A stretch of DNA of 64,000 bases, from NCBI GenBank assembly GCA_963713975.1, contig OY970218.1, positions 1,056,001 through 1,120,000 of the forward strand. Reading direction: 5' to 3'. This DNA is from an uncultured Chloroflexia bacterium (GTDB taxonomy: Bacteria; Chloroflexota; Limnocylindria; Limnocylindrales; CSP1-4). The notes below the pieces were generated by a model that was not told where the DNA came from, did no database searches, and saw only the letters and a list, made by a program, of their open reading frames with translations. Positions 28,148-37,673 of this stretch are shown here, piece by piece. How positions within the stretch are numbered: the stretch's first letter is position 1; every line of letters starts with the position of its first letter. A program made the position numbers and the translations under genes.

Positions 28148-31100
28148 GTGACCGCTCTGGGTTCGGGTGCGCCCGCCCGGGAGTCGACGACGGACGAAGC
28201 CCCCCGGCGAGGCGTCGGCCCGCAGATCGCGCTGATCATGCTGATCGGCGTGGTCTTCCGCTTGATTCTGGCATACGGCATCGATGGACTCCGCGGATCC
28301 GGGTTCGGCGCGGACCTTGGCCTCTTCCGGTACTGGGCCGACACACTTGCCACTCACGGGCCATGGGGCTTCTACGCGAACGCGTCCTTCGCGGACTACA
28401 CGCCCGGCTACCTGTACGCCCTGTGGCCGGTCGGGGTCGTCGGCCAGTTCGTCGGCGGTGTCGGCGACCTGATCAAGATCCCGGCAATCATCACCGACGT
28501 GGTGCTCGGGTACATCGTGTGCTCGATGGCGCTGGACCTCGGCGTGACGCGCAGGCGCGCCCTGATCGCGGCCGCCGTCGTGATCCTCAACCCCATCAGC
28601 TGGTTCGACTCGGTGATCTGGGGCCAGGTGGACAGCTTCGGGACGGTCTTCCTGCTGCTGGGTGTGCGCGAGTTGTGGCGCGGCCGGGGCGAGCGGGCTG
28701 CCGTCCTCGCCGTGATCGCTGCACTGGTCAAGCCGCAGCTGGCGATCCTCGTGCCCATCGTCGCCGTCGTTGTGATCCGCCGGGCCCTGTGGCCACGGGG
28801 AGGATTCGGCGACGAGCCGGCGCCGCGACCGGCTGGCACGGGCTGGGAGCGCCGCACGACCGGATGGATCCGGATCCTGACCACGGCCGCCGCCGGCTTC
28901 CTGACGGCGGTGGCGATGTCCGCTCCGTTCGGGTTGTCCGTGGTCGGCGTGTCCGCCAGCGCGCCGTATCTCGACTCGTCTCTGCTGCGACTCGTCTTCA
29001 GCACCGCCGCCGGGTACCCCTACCTGACGGTCAACGCCTACAACTGGTGGGCCCTGTTCCCGGTCGACGGGCTGAGCGTGGCCTCGGCAGGTGGCGCCCT
29101 GTGGATGCCCGACTCGCCGGTCCCCGATGCGACGGTATGGGGAGCCATCGGGCCCGTTCCCGCCGCGCTGGTGGGGGCCACGATCCTGCTGACCGTGGCG
29201 GCGCTGGTTGCGTGGGTGGTGGCGCGCCGGCCGGACCGGCTCACGATCCTGGTGGGCGTCACGGTCCTCGCCGTGGCGTTCTTCGCCGCCCCAACGCGCG
29301 TCCATGAGCGCTACCTCTTCCCGTTCTTCGGCCTCGCGGGAATCCTGTTCGCCGTCTCCTTTCGCTGGAGGATCGCCTACGTCGTTGCCGGCGTCGCCAC
29401 GTTCCTCAACATGTACGTGGTCCTCACCACGCTCTACGGCGACAACCCGCAGGTGTCGGACTGGCTGGGGATCGGCGGTGCCATCAGGTCCTCGGCGGGC
29501 GTGACCCTGGTGGCGCTGCTGCACACCGCGGCGTTCGGATGGGGACTGCTCCAGCTCCGGCCACGGGCCCGGTCGACGCTCGCGATCGAGCTCGACGCGG
29601 CGCGGATCGAGGAGGGTGGCGACGGCCACCAGGTTCACGCCGGGGGAGCCGCCGGTCAGGTATCCGCGCCCGCGCCACCGGCCGTCGCGGCGGTTACGGG
29701 CGTGCGATCGGCCGCTGCCGGCCCGGCCCGGCCCGGATCTGCACCGGCCCGCCGCCTGCTCCCCGCCTGGTATGACCGGCCGTCCTGGACGGAGATCGGC
29801 CCCATCGCCTGGCTCAGGGTGCGCGTCGCCGAGACGCCATGGCGTCCCGATCGGTCCCGATCCCTCGCGACGGAGGGTCGCGGCCGCCTGGACCGGCTGG
29901 ACCTGTGGATTCTGATCGTGCTGGTCGTCGGAACGATGGGCCTCCGCACGTACCGCCTGGAGGAGCCCTCCAGGATGCACTTCGACGAGGTCTACCATGC
30001 CCGTACGGCCACGGAGTTCCTCCAGGACTGGCGCTACGGCATTTCCCACTCCATCTATGAGTGGACCCACCCGCATCTCGCCAAGTACTCAATGGCGCTC
30101 GGGATCGTGGCCTTCGCGGGCGCGGACGTCGAGGCCACCAGCGACCTCGGCGTCCCGGTGCGTGCGGCTGCGATCGAGCCAAGGCGCGAGGACCTGGCCG
30201 GTGGTACGGATCGAGCCGGCGACCGCGCATGGGTGGTGACGGGCTCGGAGCTCATCGCCTATGACCTGCAGACGCGGGCCGTCGTGGCTCGCTGGGCGCT
30301 GCCGGGGGCGAGCGCGGTCGCCTTCGACGAGGTGGGCCCTCGCCTGTTGGTCGGCACCGACGCGGGTGAGGTCCTCGCTCTGGACACGAGCGCGCTGGAC
30401 GCCCTTCCCGCGGCGACCCCGGAGTCCCAGACGATCGACCCGCTGCCGGTGGCCATGCTCGAGGGTCCCGTGATCGGCCTCGCGGGCTACAAGGATGGGT
30501 CCCACGTCGCCGCGCTGCTCCAGGACGGACAGGTGGCCGTCCTGGACGCCGACACCGGAGAGGTCACCGGAAGCGCCACGGTTGACGGCGCCGTGGACCT
30601 CGCGGCCGTCGACGATGTCTCAGCGCTCGTGGCCACGCCCTCAGCGGTCGCGGACGTGCCGGCTGTCGCGGCGGAGCTGGCCGCACAGCTGGGTGGCGAC
30701 GAGGCGTCCTACGAGGCGCAGCTGGCCGCCGCGGAGGCCGACACGGTCGTTCTCGACGCGCCGGTCACCGCCGACAATCGGGACGCGCTCCAGGCTGCGA
30801 TCGACGACGGGCGCCTCGCCGGCCTGGCGATCGAACCCGTTCCCACGATGGCCGTGGCTGGTTCCGGCGGCGTCTCGTTCCTCACCACACGGGGCACGAC
30901 CTCCGCCACCGTGGACCTGGAGCACGGCGCGGCCGGGCTGGCGCTGGTCACGAACATCGATGACGGGGCCCAGCTCTACGTGACCACGAAGGCCCCGGGC
31001 ACGGGCGACCCGGAGATCGCCGTGATCGCGGTCTCGGGCGACGCGGCCGCGAACGGTCCCGAGCGGACCGACAGCTTCCCGCTGCCGGCACCGGGGACCA

Positions 31101-33520
31101 GGGTCGTGTACGACACGGCGTCCGAGCTGGTCGAGGTGCAGGGCGTCACCCCGGACGGCACGGGCTCCACCGTCTACGTGATCGAGCCGCACGGCAAGAG
31201 CGTGTTCGCCGATCACAAGCTCCCGTTCGTGCCGGTCGCCCTCGCCATCGACCACAACGGGGACTATCCGATCGACAGCCGTGGATCCCTGCTCGCATTT
31301 GCCTCCGGAGGGGAGTCGGCGTCGATGGACGTGGGGTCCTACCAGATGGCCTGGCGCCTGCCCGGCGCGCTGCTCGGCGCGCTCACGGTGGGCGTGCTGT
31401 TCCTCCTGGGTCGCGTGCTGTTCCGGCGACGCACCGTGGGCGTGCTGGTCGGGCTGTTCGCGCTGCTGGACGGGATGCTCTTCGTCCAGAGCCGGATCGC
31501 GATGAACGACGTCTACACGGGCTTCTTCATCCTCGCCGCCTACCTGCTGTTCGCCCTGGTGTGGCTCGAGCCCCAACGGTCCAAGCGCGCCTTCTGGGTT
31601 GTCATGCCCGTCATGGGCGTGCTCCTCGGCCTGGCGCTTGCATCGAAGTGGGTGGCCGCCTACGCCATCGGGGCGTTGGGCATCCTGGTGCTGATCCGCT
31701 CGGCGCTGGGGCGGATCCTGCTGATCGCCGGCCTGGTGGGGATCACCGGGGTGCTGGGGTGGATGGCGCTGGCGGTTCCGACGGGCAGTGGCGGTGCAGG
31801 CAACCTGCCGTTCGTCCTGATCATGATCGCGATCACCCTGGCGACAGTTGCGATCACCGTCTACCACCCCGTCGCCTGGTCGGACGACGAGGTCCGCTTC
31901 GCCGTCGGCGCCCCAGCCATGCTGGGGATGCTGGTCGTGCTCGCCGGGATTGCCGCGGGCAAGGCGGAATCGAGCATCGTGCTGGGACCCGTCCAGGTGA
32001 CCCCGCTCGAGGTCGGCTTCGGCCTGGTCATCGTGGGCCTGCTGGCCTATGCGGCCTTCGGCCTGGGTGGGCGCCTGGGAGTAGGCCCGATGGCGCCCTC
32101 GCCGGATCCCGACATGCTGGCCGGCGGGCCGCCACCGGCGTCGCCCGCCCCCGAGGGCTGGGTGCGTCTGGGCTGGCACCTGGGGATCCCGGCCGCCTGG
32201 CTGGCCGCATCGCTGCTCGTGATCCCGCTGGCCGTGTACGTGGTCTCGTACCTGCCGTGGGCCGCCATCGAGGGTCATCAGCTCGTGGCGGGCTGGCCGG
32301 TCGGACATACCGGCCAGGCGCTCACCGACCTCACCGGCGAGATGTACCGCTACCACAACAACCTGACCGCGGCCCACGCCGCGAGCTCGCCGTGGTGGGC
32401 GTGGCCCCTCAACCTCAAGCCCGTCTGGTTCTACCAGGGCGGGTTCGCGGGTTCCACGGCGGCCGCGATCTACGACGCCGGGAACATGGTGATCTGGTGG
32501 ATGGGGATCCCGGCCATGGTGTTCGTCGCCTACCAGGCATTCAAGCGGCGGAGCCTCGCGCTCGCGCTGATCCTGATCGCCTTCCTCGCCCAGTGGATCT
32601 CGTGGGCCCGGATCGACCGGGCCGCCTTCCAGTACCACTACTACACGAGCCTGCCGTTCGTGATCCTGGCCCTCGGCTACTTCGTTGCCGAGGTATGGCA
32701 CGGAGCCTCGCCGCGGACCTGGCTCCTGGCCCGGGCCGCCGCGGCCGTGGCGATCATGGGCCCGGTGCTGCTGTGGCTGCTGCGCTACCCGCTGTGCGCG
32801 ATCGCCGAGGTCGAGTCCGTCAACGCGGGGTCGCAGGCCTGCAACGGCAACCCGGGGAATCTCGTCGTCACGCCCGCCACCGGCCTCATGGTGATCGTGG
32901 CCATCGTGACCGTGATCGTGGTCACCTGGCAGCTGATCGACCTGGGTCGTCCGCGACCCGACGGCAGGCCCACCAGGGGACGGGACCTGCTGCCGCTGGG
33001 TCTGACCTCCGTGGTGGCGGGCACCGCCCTGGCGATCGCACGCCTGCTCCCGGACGGCGACCCGCTGTTCACGTTCAACGGGATCGTGCCCGAGATCATC
33101 GCCCTGATCGTGGCAGTACCCCTGGGGCTGGTGGCGATCCAGGTCCTCACCGCACGGGACGCCCGCCGGTTCACGGCCGGGCTGCTGGCGGCCGTGGTCG
33201 CCTGGTTCGCGATCCTGTACCCGAACCTCTCGGCCCTGGTCATGCCGTCCGCGGTCGTCAACGCCTACCAGGGTCTGTTGCCCACGTACCTGTACGCGTT
33301 CCAGTTCGGGGTGAACACGGTGGACCGAAGCGAGGCGATCTCGTTCGCCGACCCGAGGTTTGCGATCCTGATGGTGTTCCTTGTCATCGCCTGCGGTGTG
33401 GTGGCCTACGCCGCCTGGGCGTGGCGCCAGGCGAGCGCTGACGCTCCGGATCCCATGCCGCCGGACTCAAGTGCCGATGGACCGGCAGCCCAAGCAGGCG
33501 CCGAGCCGGGCGTTTCCTGA
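28148..33520 (+). CDS. ~1790 aa fusion: N-terminal GT-C module plus protein O-mannosyltransferase (PMT) module with a large inserted extracytoplasmic domain
   Basis: AGGAGG RBS before GTG 28148. Module 1: ADLGLFRYW, DYTPGYLY, WGQVDS, KPQ, VHERY. Module 2: FDEVYH, HPHLAK, WRLPGA, SRIAMND, SKW, YHNNL...H...SPWWAWP, GN, FQYHY. Confidence 0.85.
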   Translation: MTALGSGAPARESTTDEAPRRGVGPQIALIMLIGVVFRLILAYGIDGLRGSGFGADLGLFRYWADTLATHGPWGFYANASFADYTPGYLYALWPVGVVGQFVGGVGDLIKIPAIITDVVLGYIVCSMALDLGVTRRRALIAAAVVILNPISWFDSVIWGQVDSFGTVFLLLGVRELWRGRGERAAVLAVIAALVKPQLAILVPIVAVVVIRRALWPRGGFGDEPAPRPAGTGWERRTTGWIRILTTAAAGFLTAVAMSAPFGLSVVGVSASAPYLDSSLLRLVFSTAAGYPYLTVNAYNWWALFPVDGLSVASAGGALWMPDSPVPDATVWGAIGPVPAALVGATILLTVAALVAWVVARRPDRLTILVGVTVLAVAFFAAPTRVHERYLFPFFGLAGILFAVSFRWRIAYVVAGVATFLNMYVVLTTLYGDNPQVSDWLGIGGAIRSSAGVTLVALLHTAAFGWGLLQLRPRARSTLAIELDAARIEEGGDGHQVHAGGAAGQVSAPAPPAVAAVTGVRSAAAGPARPGSAPARRLLPAWYDRPSWTEIGPIAWLRVRVAETPWRPDRSRSLATEGRGRLDRLDLWILIVLVVGTMGLRTYRLEEPSRMHFDEVYHARTATEFLQDWRYGISHSIYEWTHPHLAKYSMALGIVAFAGADVEATSDLGVPVRAAAIEPRREDLAGGTDRAGDRAWVVTGSELIAYDLQTRAVVARWALPGASAVAFDEVGPRLLVGTDAGEVLALDTSALDALPAATPESQTIDPLPVAMLEGPVIGLAGYKDGSHVAALLQDGQVAVLDADTGEVTGSATVDGAVDLAAVDDVSALVATPSAVADVPAVAAELAAQLGGDEASYEAQLAAAEADTVVLDAPVTADNRDALQAAIDDGRLAGLAIEPVPTMAVAGSGGVSFLTTRGTTSATVDLEHGAAGLALVTNIDDGAQLYVTTKAPGTGDPEIAVIAVSGDAAANGPERTDSFPLPAPGTRVVYDTASELVEVQGVTPDGTGSTVYVIEPHGKSVFADHKLPFVPVALAIDHNGDYPIDSRGSLLAFASGGESASMDVGSYQMAWRLPGALLGALTVGVLFLLGRVLFRRRTVGVLVGLFALLDGMLFVQSRIAMNDVYTGFFILAAYLLFALVWLEPQRSKRAFWVVMPVMGVLLGLALASKWVAAYAIGALGILVLIRSALGRILLIAGLVGITGVLGWMALAVPTGSGGAGNLPFVLIMIAITLATVAITVYHPVAWSDDEVRFAVGAPAMLGMLVVLAGIAAGKAESSIVLGPVQVTPLEVGFGLVIVGLLAYAAFGLGGRLGVGPMAPSPDPDMLAGGPPPASPAPEGWVRLGWHLGIPAAWLAASLLVIPLAVYVVSYLPWAAIEGHQLVAGWPVGHTGQALTDLTGEMYRYHNNLTAAHAASSPWWAWPLNLKPVWFYQGGFAGSTAAAIYDAGNMVIWWMGIPAMVFVAYQAFKRRSLALALILIAFLAQWISWARIDRAAFQYHYYTSLPFVILALGYFVAEVWHGASPRTWLLARAAAAVAIMGPVLLWLLRYPLCAIAEVESVNAGSQACNGNPGNLVVTPATGLMVIVAIVTVIVVTWQLIDLGRPRPDGRPTRGRDLLPLGLTSVVAGTALAIARLLPDGDPLFTFNGIVPEIIALIVAVPLGLVAIQVLTARDARRFTAGLLAAVVAWFAILYPNLSALVMPSAVVNAYQGLLPTYLYAFQFGVNTVDRSEAISFADPRFAILMVFLVIACGVVAYAAWAWRQASADAPDPMPPDSSADGPAAQAGAEPGVS

Positions 33521-33566
33521 GGTCGGACGCCCACCGCACCCGGCAACGCCCGCAGCAAGTTCGAGT

Positions 33567-34802
33567 TCAGTCCGGCTCCACCTCGGCACCCGGCGGCAGG
33601 ACGAGCCGGTCCGAGCGAGCGGTGCTCGCCAACCCGGGCCGCGGAGAGGGCGGGATCGCAGCAGTGAAGTGCGGCGGCAGCGAGCCCGTGGCCGCAAGCC
33701 GACGGATCACGAACCCGTAGTAGTCGTCCACCTTTGCGGTCACTCGCGGCCAGCTGAACTCCTCCGCACGACGCATGCCGGAGGCGGACATCTCGGCCGC
33801 AAGCTCACGGTCCCTGAGCAGCCGGCCGATCGAGGCGGCGAGCTCCTTGTGGTCCTTGGGAGGCACGAGGAGGGCCTCGCGCCCGCGGCGGACGACCCCC
33901 TTGTAGCCGTGGATGTCCGAGGCCACGATCGGAGCGCCGGCGGCCATGGCCTCCAGGAGCACGATCCCGAACGACTCGCGGCCGGTCGCCGGGCTCGCGT
34001 AGACGTCGGCGGTCCGGAACAGCTGGGCCTTCTCGTCGTCCGAGACGCGACCGAGGAACTCGACGCCCTGGAGGCGTCGTGTCGCCACGTAGCGGCGGGC
34101 CTCGCGCTCCTGGGGGCCGCCGCCGACCAGCAGCAACCGGGCATCGACGCCCGCTCGGCGCAGCAACCGGTAGCCCTTGAGCATGTCGAGGACGCCCTTG
34201 CGGGGCTCGAAGCGGCCCACGAAGAGCACGTTTTGTCTGCCGTCCTGCCAGCGTGCCACCGGCACGGCCCGCTGGTAGCGCTCGACGTCCACTCCGTTGG
34301 GGATGACCTTGTAGTCGCCGGGGAAGTAGCGGTCGATGAAGTGGCGGGCGGCGGCCGAAACTGCGATCCGGCCGTGCAGGCGGTCCGCGTACCCGCGCAG
34401 GGCCCGTGACCCGAACTCGTAGGCCGGCGACCAGCCCCCATAGGCGTGGAAGGTGCCGACGTTCACGCTCTGAGACTCCCGCAGGATGACGAGCGACAGG
34501 AACGGCACGAATGGCTCGTGGAAGTGCAGCACGTCGAAGCGCTCCCGGTCGAGGAGCTCCCTGGCCTGGGACACGTACCGCGGCGAGAGCGTCACCGTCC
34601 CGACGGAGCCATTGGCGGGCATCGAGAAGCCCTTGCCCAGCCGGATGACGTCGCCATCGGACGAGCGCTGCAGACCGTGTGACGAGGTCAGGATCCGGAC
34701 GTCGTGGCCACGCTGGCGCAGGTTCTCGTACAGGAATCGGACGTGCTGCGTCACACCGCCCGGCAGCGGGTACACGTACGGCGAGACGAGGCCGATCTTC
34801 AC
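33567..34802 (-). CDS. pimA: GT4 phosphatidyl-myo-inositol alpha-mannosyltransferase-like protein
   Basis: KIGLVSPY...PGGV, PANGSV, HFHEP, IPNGVD, RFEPRKG and ESFGIVLLEAMAAG motifs; operon context. Confidence 0.8.
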   Translation of the reverse strand: MKIGLVSPYVYPLPGGVTQHVRFLYENLRQRGHDVRILTSSHGLQRSSDGDVIRLGKGFSMPANGSVGTVTLSPRYVSQARELLDRERFDVLHFHEPFVPFLSLVILRESQSVNVGTFHAYGGWSPAYEFGSRALRGYADRLHGRIAVSAAARHFIDRYFPGDYKVIPNGVDVERYQRAVPVARWQDGRQNVLFVGRFEPRKGVLDMLKGYRLLRRAGVDARLLLVGGGPQEREARRYVATRRLQGVEFLGRVSDDEKAQLFRTADVYASPATGRESFGIVLLEAMAAGAPIVASDIHGYKGVVRRGREALLVPPKDHKELAASIGRLLRDRELAAEMSASGMRRAEEFSWPRVTAKVDDYYGFVIRRLAATGSLPPHFTAAIPPSPRPGLASTARSDRLVLPPGAEVEPD

Positions 34803-35626
34803 CGCTCGTCCGTCCGTCCGAAGGTCGGGTCGTAGCGCGCTGGGCGCAGCGTCCCGCCCGGGTAGCCGAGATCCCGCCCGGTTCCGTCCCGGCGTACCCG
34901 GCCGCCGATCGTGGCCCGCCAACCCCGCGAGTACTTCGCGAGCTGCCCGCGGTACACGCCCAACTGCGTGAGCGACCCGTGGAACGAGCCCTGGTGGCGC
35001 GTGGTCCCATCCGCGATCGCTGCCCGGTAGTCCTCCGGGCCCCGGCCCGGGAAGGTGGTCCAGGCGGCGCCCACGGCGGCCGTCGCGTGTGCGTCGCTGT
35101 TGCCAACCTGGGGCAGTCGGTGTTCCTCGGCAAACCGCACGACCGCCGCGTGGCCGTACTTCCCGAGCGCCGTGGGGTTGAAGGTCTCGATCGCATCGGG
35201 GCGCGACGCAGGATCGTCGCGGGCCAGGAGGCGCCGGAGCGTGAAGCCCTGGGCGCACAGCGGATATGGGACCATCGGGTGGGCGGGGATGGCGAGGCCG
35301 CCCTGGTCGTGGACCGCCTCGATCGTCCAGCGGAGGCTCCTGAGGGCCGGCACGGGCTGCTCCAGGAACAGGGCGAGCAGGTGGCCCTCCCGGGAGCTGA
35401 TCTCCTCCCCAACCACGACGTGGACGCCGAGGCCGAGATCGCCGGCCATCTGGCGGGCCGCCAGCGCGGCATCGATCCGGTCGTGGTCCGCGATGGCGAC
35501 GATGTCCAGGAACCCATCGGCCTCTACCCGGTCGAGGATCTCACGTACCGACGACGTCCCGTCTGAGGCAAGGGTGTGGACGTGCATGTCGGCCCGGCCG
35601 AGGCGGACGAGCGGATCAAGGCTCAT
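34799..35626 (-). CDS. PHP-domain metal-dependent phosphoesterase
   Basis: DMHVHT..SDG, ADHD, GEE, GH, AHP and GNSDAH motifs. Confidence 0.85.
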   Translation of the reverse strand: MSLDPLVRLGRADMHVHTLASDGTSSVREILDRVEADGFLDIVAIADHDRIDAALAARQMAGDLGLGVHVVVGEEISSREGHLLALFLEQPVPALRSLRWTIEAVHDQGGLAIPAHPMVPYPLCAQGFTLRRLLARDDPASRPDAIETFNPTALGKYGHAAVVRFAEEHRLPQVGNSDAHATAAVGAAWTTFPGRGPEDYRAAIADGTTRHQGSFHGSLTQLGVYRGQLAKYSRGWRATIGGRVRRDGTGRDLGYPGGTLRPARYDPTFGRTDER

Positions 35627-36660
35627 GCCCTTGCCTCGAGGCCGCCGGCAGGGACGGCGAGGTCCGGCCAGATGGGGTGGAACGCGCCCCACCACTGCTC
35701 AGGCCCGTCCGCGAGGATCGTCTCGAAGGCGGTCGCGATGGCGGCGGTCAGGGCGATCGTCCGCTCCCGGCGCGTGCCCTCGACGGGGACGGGCACGGCG
35801 ATGAGCTTGCCGATGCACCGACCGTCGCGGGTCCGGCGGGCAGAGCCCGCGTACACGGGCACTCCCGCCTCGATAGCCAGCAGGGCCGGACCGGGCGACA
35901 TCGGCGCCAGGTGGCCGAAGAATGGCGTGGGGATGCCGGTCCGGGTGATGTCGCGGTCGTTGACCATGCCCACCGACTCACCTCTCCGCAGGGCCGCAAG
36001 CATGGTCCTCCGCGCGTTGGCCAGCGGGATGACCCGCACGCCGACGCGTCCCCGCGATGTCTCGAACCAGCGCTGGACCACGGGATCGGCGACGGTCTCC
36101 ATGGGTGCCGTCACCGGGTGCCCCACGAGGTTCGAGATGTAGACGACCGGCAGCTCGATCGCGCCGTAGTGCAGGCCGACGAGGACGATCGGCCGGCCCG
36201 ACGCAAGGGCCTCGCGGATCTCGCCGGGCGTCTCCTGGTGAAGCCGGGCCAGCGCGGTCGCCAGGTCGTAGGAATCGGCCCGGGCGACTTCGAGGTAGTA
36301 GCGGACGGCGTGCCGGAAGGAGGCACGCACGAGCCGCTCGAGGGCGGCGGGGTCCGTGGCCGCTCGGCGGGCGAGTCCGGTGCCACGTCCCTGGGCCGCC
36401 AGCCCCTCGCACACCCGGCGCAGGTTGTTGCGGGCCTGGGAGGCACGGTCGGGAGCGAGGCGATACCAGAGCTCGCCGATGCTGTCGGCCGCGGCAAGCA
36501 GCGGCCGCTCGGGTAGGACGGCGACGATCCGGGTGCCCGCCACGAGGATCGTCCCGCGCAGCGAGCGCCGGATGGGCGCCCCGGGCCCGGAACCGGCACC
36601 GGGCTCGTCACCACGACCCGCACGAGGCGCAACCGAACCGGGCCCGCCACCCGGTGTCAC
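35623..36660 (-). CDS. PatA/LpxL-family acyltransferase (copy 2)
   Basis: HYGAIE, NDRD, FFG and PEQWW..FHPIW motifs; GTGA-coupled to copy 1. Confidence 0.8.
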   Translation of the reverse strand: MTPGGGPGSVAPRAGRGDEPGAGSGPGAPIRRSLRGTILVAGTRIVAVLPERPLLAAADSIGELWYRLAPDRASQARNNLRRVCEGLAAQGRGTGLARRAATDPAALERLVRASFRHAVRYYLEVARADSYDLATALARLHQETPGEIREALASGRPIVLVGLHYGAIELPVVYISNLVGHPVTAPMETVADPVVQRWFETSRGRVGVRVIPLANARRTMLAALRRGESVGMVNDRDITRTGIPTPFFGHLAPMSPGPALLAIEAGVPVYAGSARRTRDGRCIGKLIAVPVPVEGTRRERTIALTAAIATAFETILADGPEQWWGAFHPIWPDLAVPAGGLEARA

Positions 36661-37673
36661 CGTCCCGCGGCCTCGTCCGGCGTGGATGGCGCATCGGACC
36701 CGGCCAGCATGGCTGCAGCGCGTGCTGCGAGCTCTGCGCCCTCGGCCGGATCGCTCGGCCACATAGGCTTGAAGCTGTACCACTGGGCCGGCGCGGCCCG
36801 GACCGTCGTCTCCAGCGCGTCCGCGATCCGCTGGGTCGCTCGCTGCAGGTCCGCCGGGCTCGAGGACGGAACCGTGAACTCCCCGTGTGCCTCGATGCGG
36901 AAGCGCCCACTCGGGGTGCGGCGGATGGCGAGCGGCGCGATGATGGCGCCCGTCTTGGCGGCCAGCGAGGCGGGCCCGGCCGGCAGGGTCGTCCAGGCGT
37001 CGAAGAACCGCACCGGGATGCCGTCATTCCGGTAGCCCCAGTCCACGAGCAGGGCCAGGATCTCGTTGCGGCGCAGCACCCCGAACAGCTCCCGCAGGTT
37101 GCGCCACGGGATGAGGGTCGCGCCCCAGGCCTCGCGCTGCCGGCGGAGGATCTCGAACAGCTCGGGAAACGTGGAGTCGTCCGCGACCACGTTGGTCGGA
37201 TAGCCTCGGGTGGCGATGGCGGCGCCCACGGCCTCGTTGTTGCCCACGTGGCCGACGACCACGATCATCGCCCGGCCCGAGGCGCGCCAGGCCTCGATGA
37301 TCCGGTCGATCCCGTCTCCCTCGATGCCGTCCGCCAGCTCGTCGAGGGGCCGGGACGGGAGCCGCATGAGCTCCACCATGTAGCGCGCGTACTCCCGGTA
37401 GGCGCGAAGCGCCATCCGGTGAACCCGCGGGTGGGACGGCGGGAGCCCCAGCACGTGGCCGAAGTTGGCGCTGGAGAATCGGCGCTTGTTGGGCCATAGG
37501 AGGTAGCTCAGCTGCGAGGCTCCGCCGATCACCGCCCGCGAGAGCACGGGCGGCACAACGGCGAGAGCGGCGGACATCGACCGGTAGCCGATGACCGCCG
37601 CCTTCTCGACGACTCGCGGGGGGGTTGACTCGAGGCGCCGGTGTGGCGCCTCGAGCTTCCGGTTGGAGGTCAC
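36657..37673 (-). CDS. PatA/LpxL-family acyltransferase (copy 1)
   Basis: [27 protein letters not shown] and PAQWY.FKPMW motifs. Confidence 0.82.
   Translation of the reverse strand: MTSNRKLEAPHRRLESTPPRVVEKAAVIGYRSMSAALAVVPPVLSRAVIGGASQLSYLLWPNKRRFSSANFGHVLGLPPSHPRVHRMALRAYREYARYMVELMRLPSRPLDELADGIEGDGIDRIIEAWRASGRAMIVVVGHVGNNEAVGAAIATRGYPTNVVADDSTFPELFEILRRQREAWGATLIPWRNLRELFGVLRRNEILALLVDWGYRNDGIPVRFFDAWTTLPAGPASLAAKTGAIIAPLAIRRTPSGRFRIEAHGEFTVPSSSPADLQRATQRIADALETTVRAAPAQWYSFKPMWPSDPAEGAELAARAAAMLAGSDAPSTPDEAAGR

Noticed and set aside
26603-30076. 1157-aa minus-strand ORF overlapping the 2112-aa plus-strand ORF as a genuine long antisense gene pair
   Set aside because: Only 26603-~28120 (minus) and 28148-33520 (plus) look protein-like. 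The extensions are stop-free shadow frames typical of high-GC DNA.
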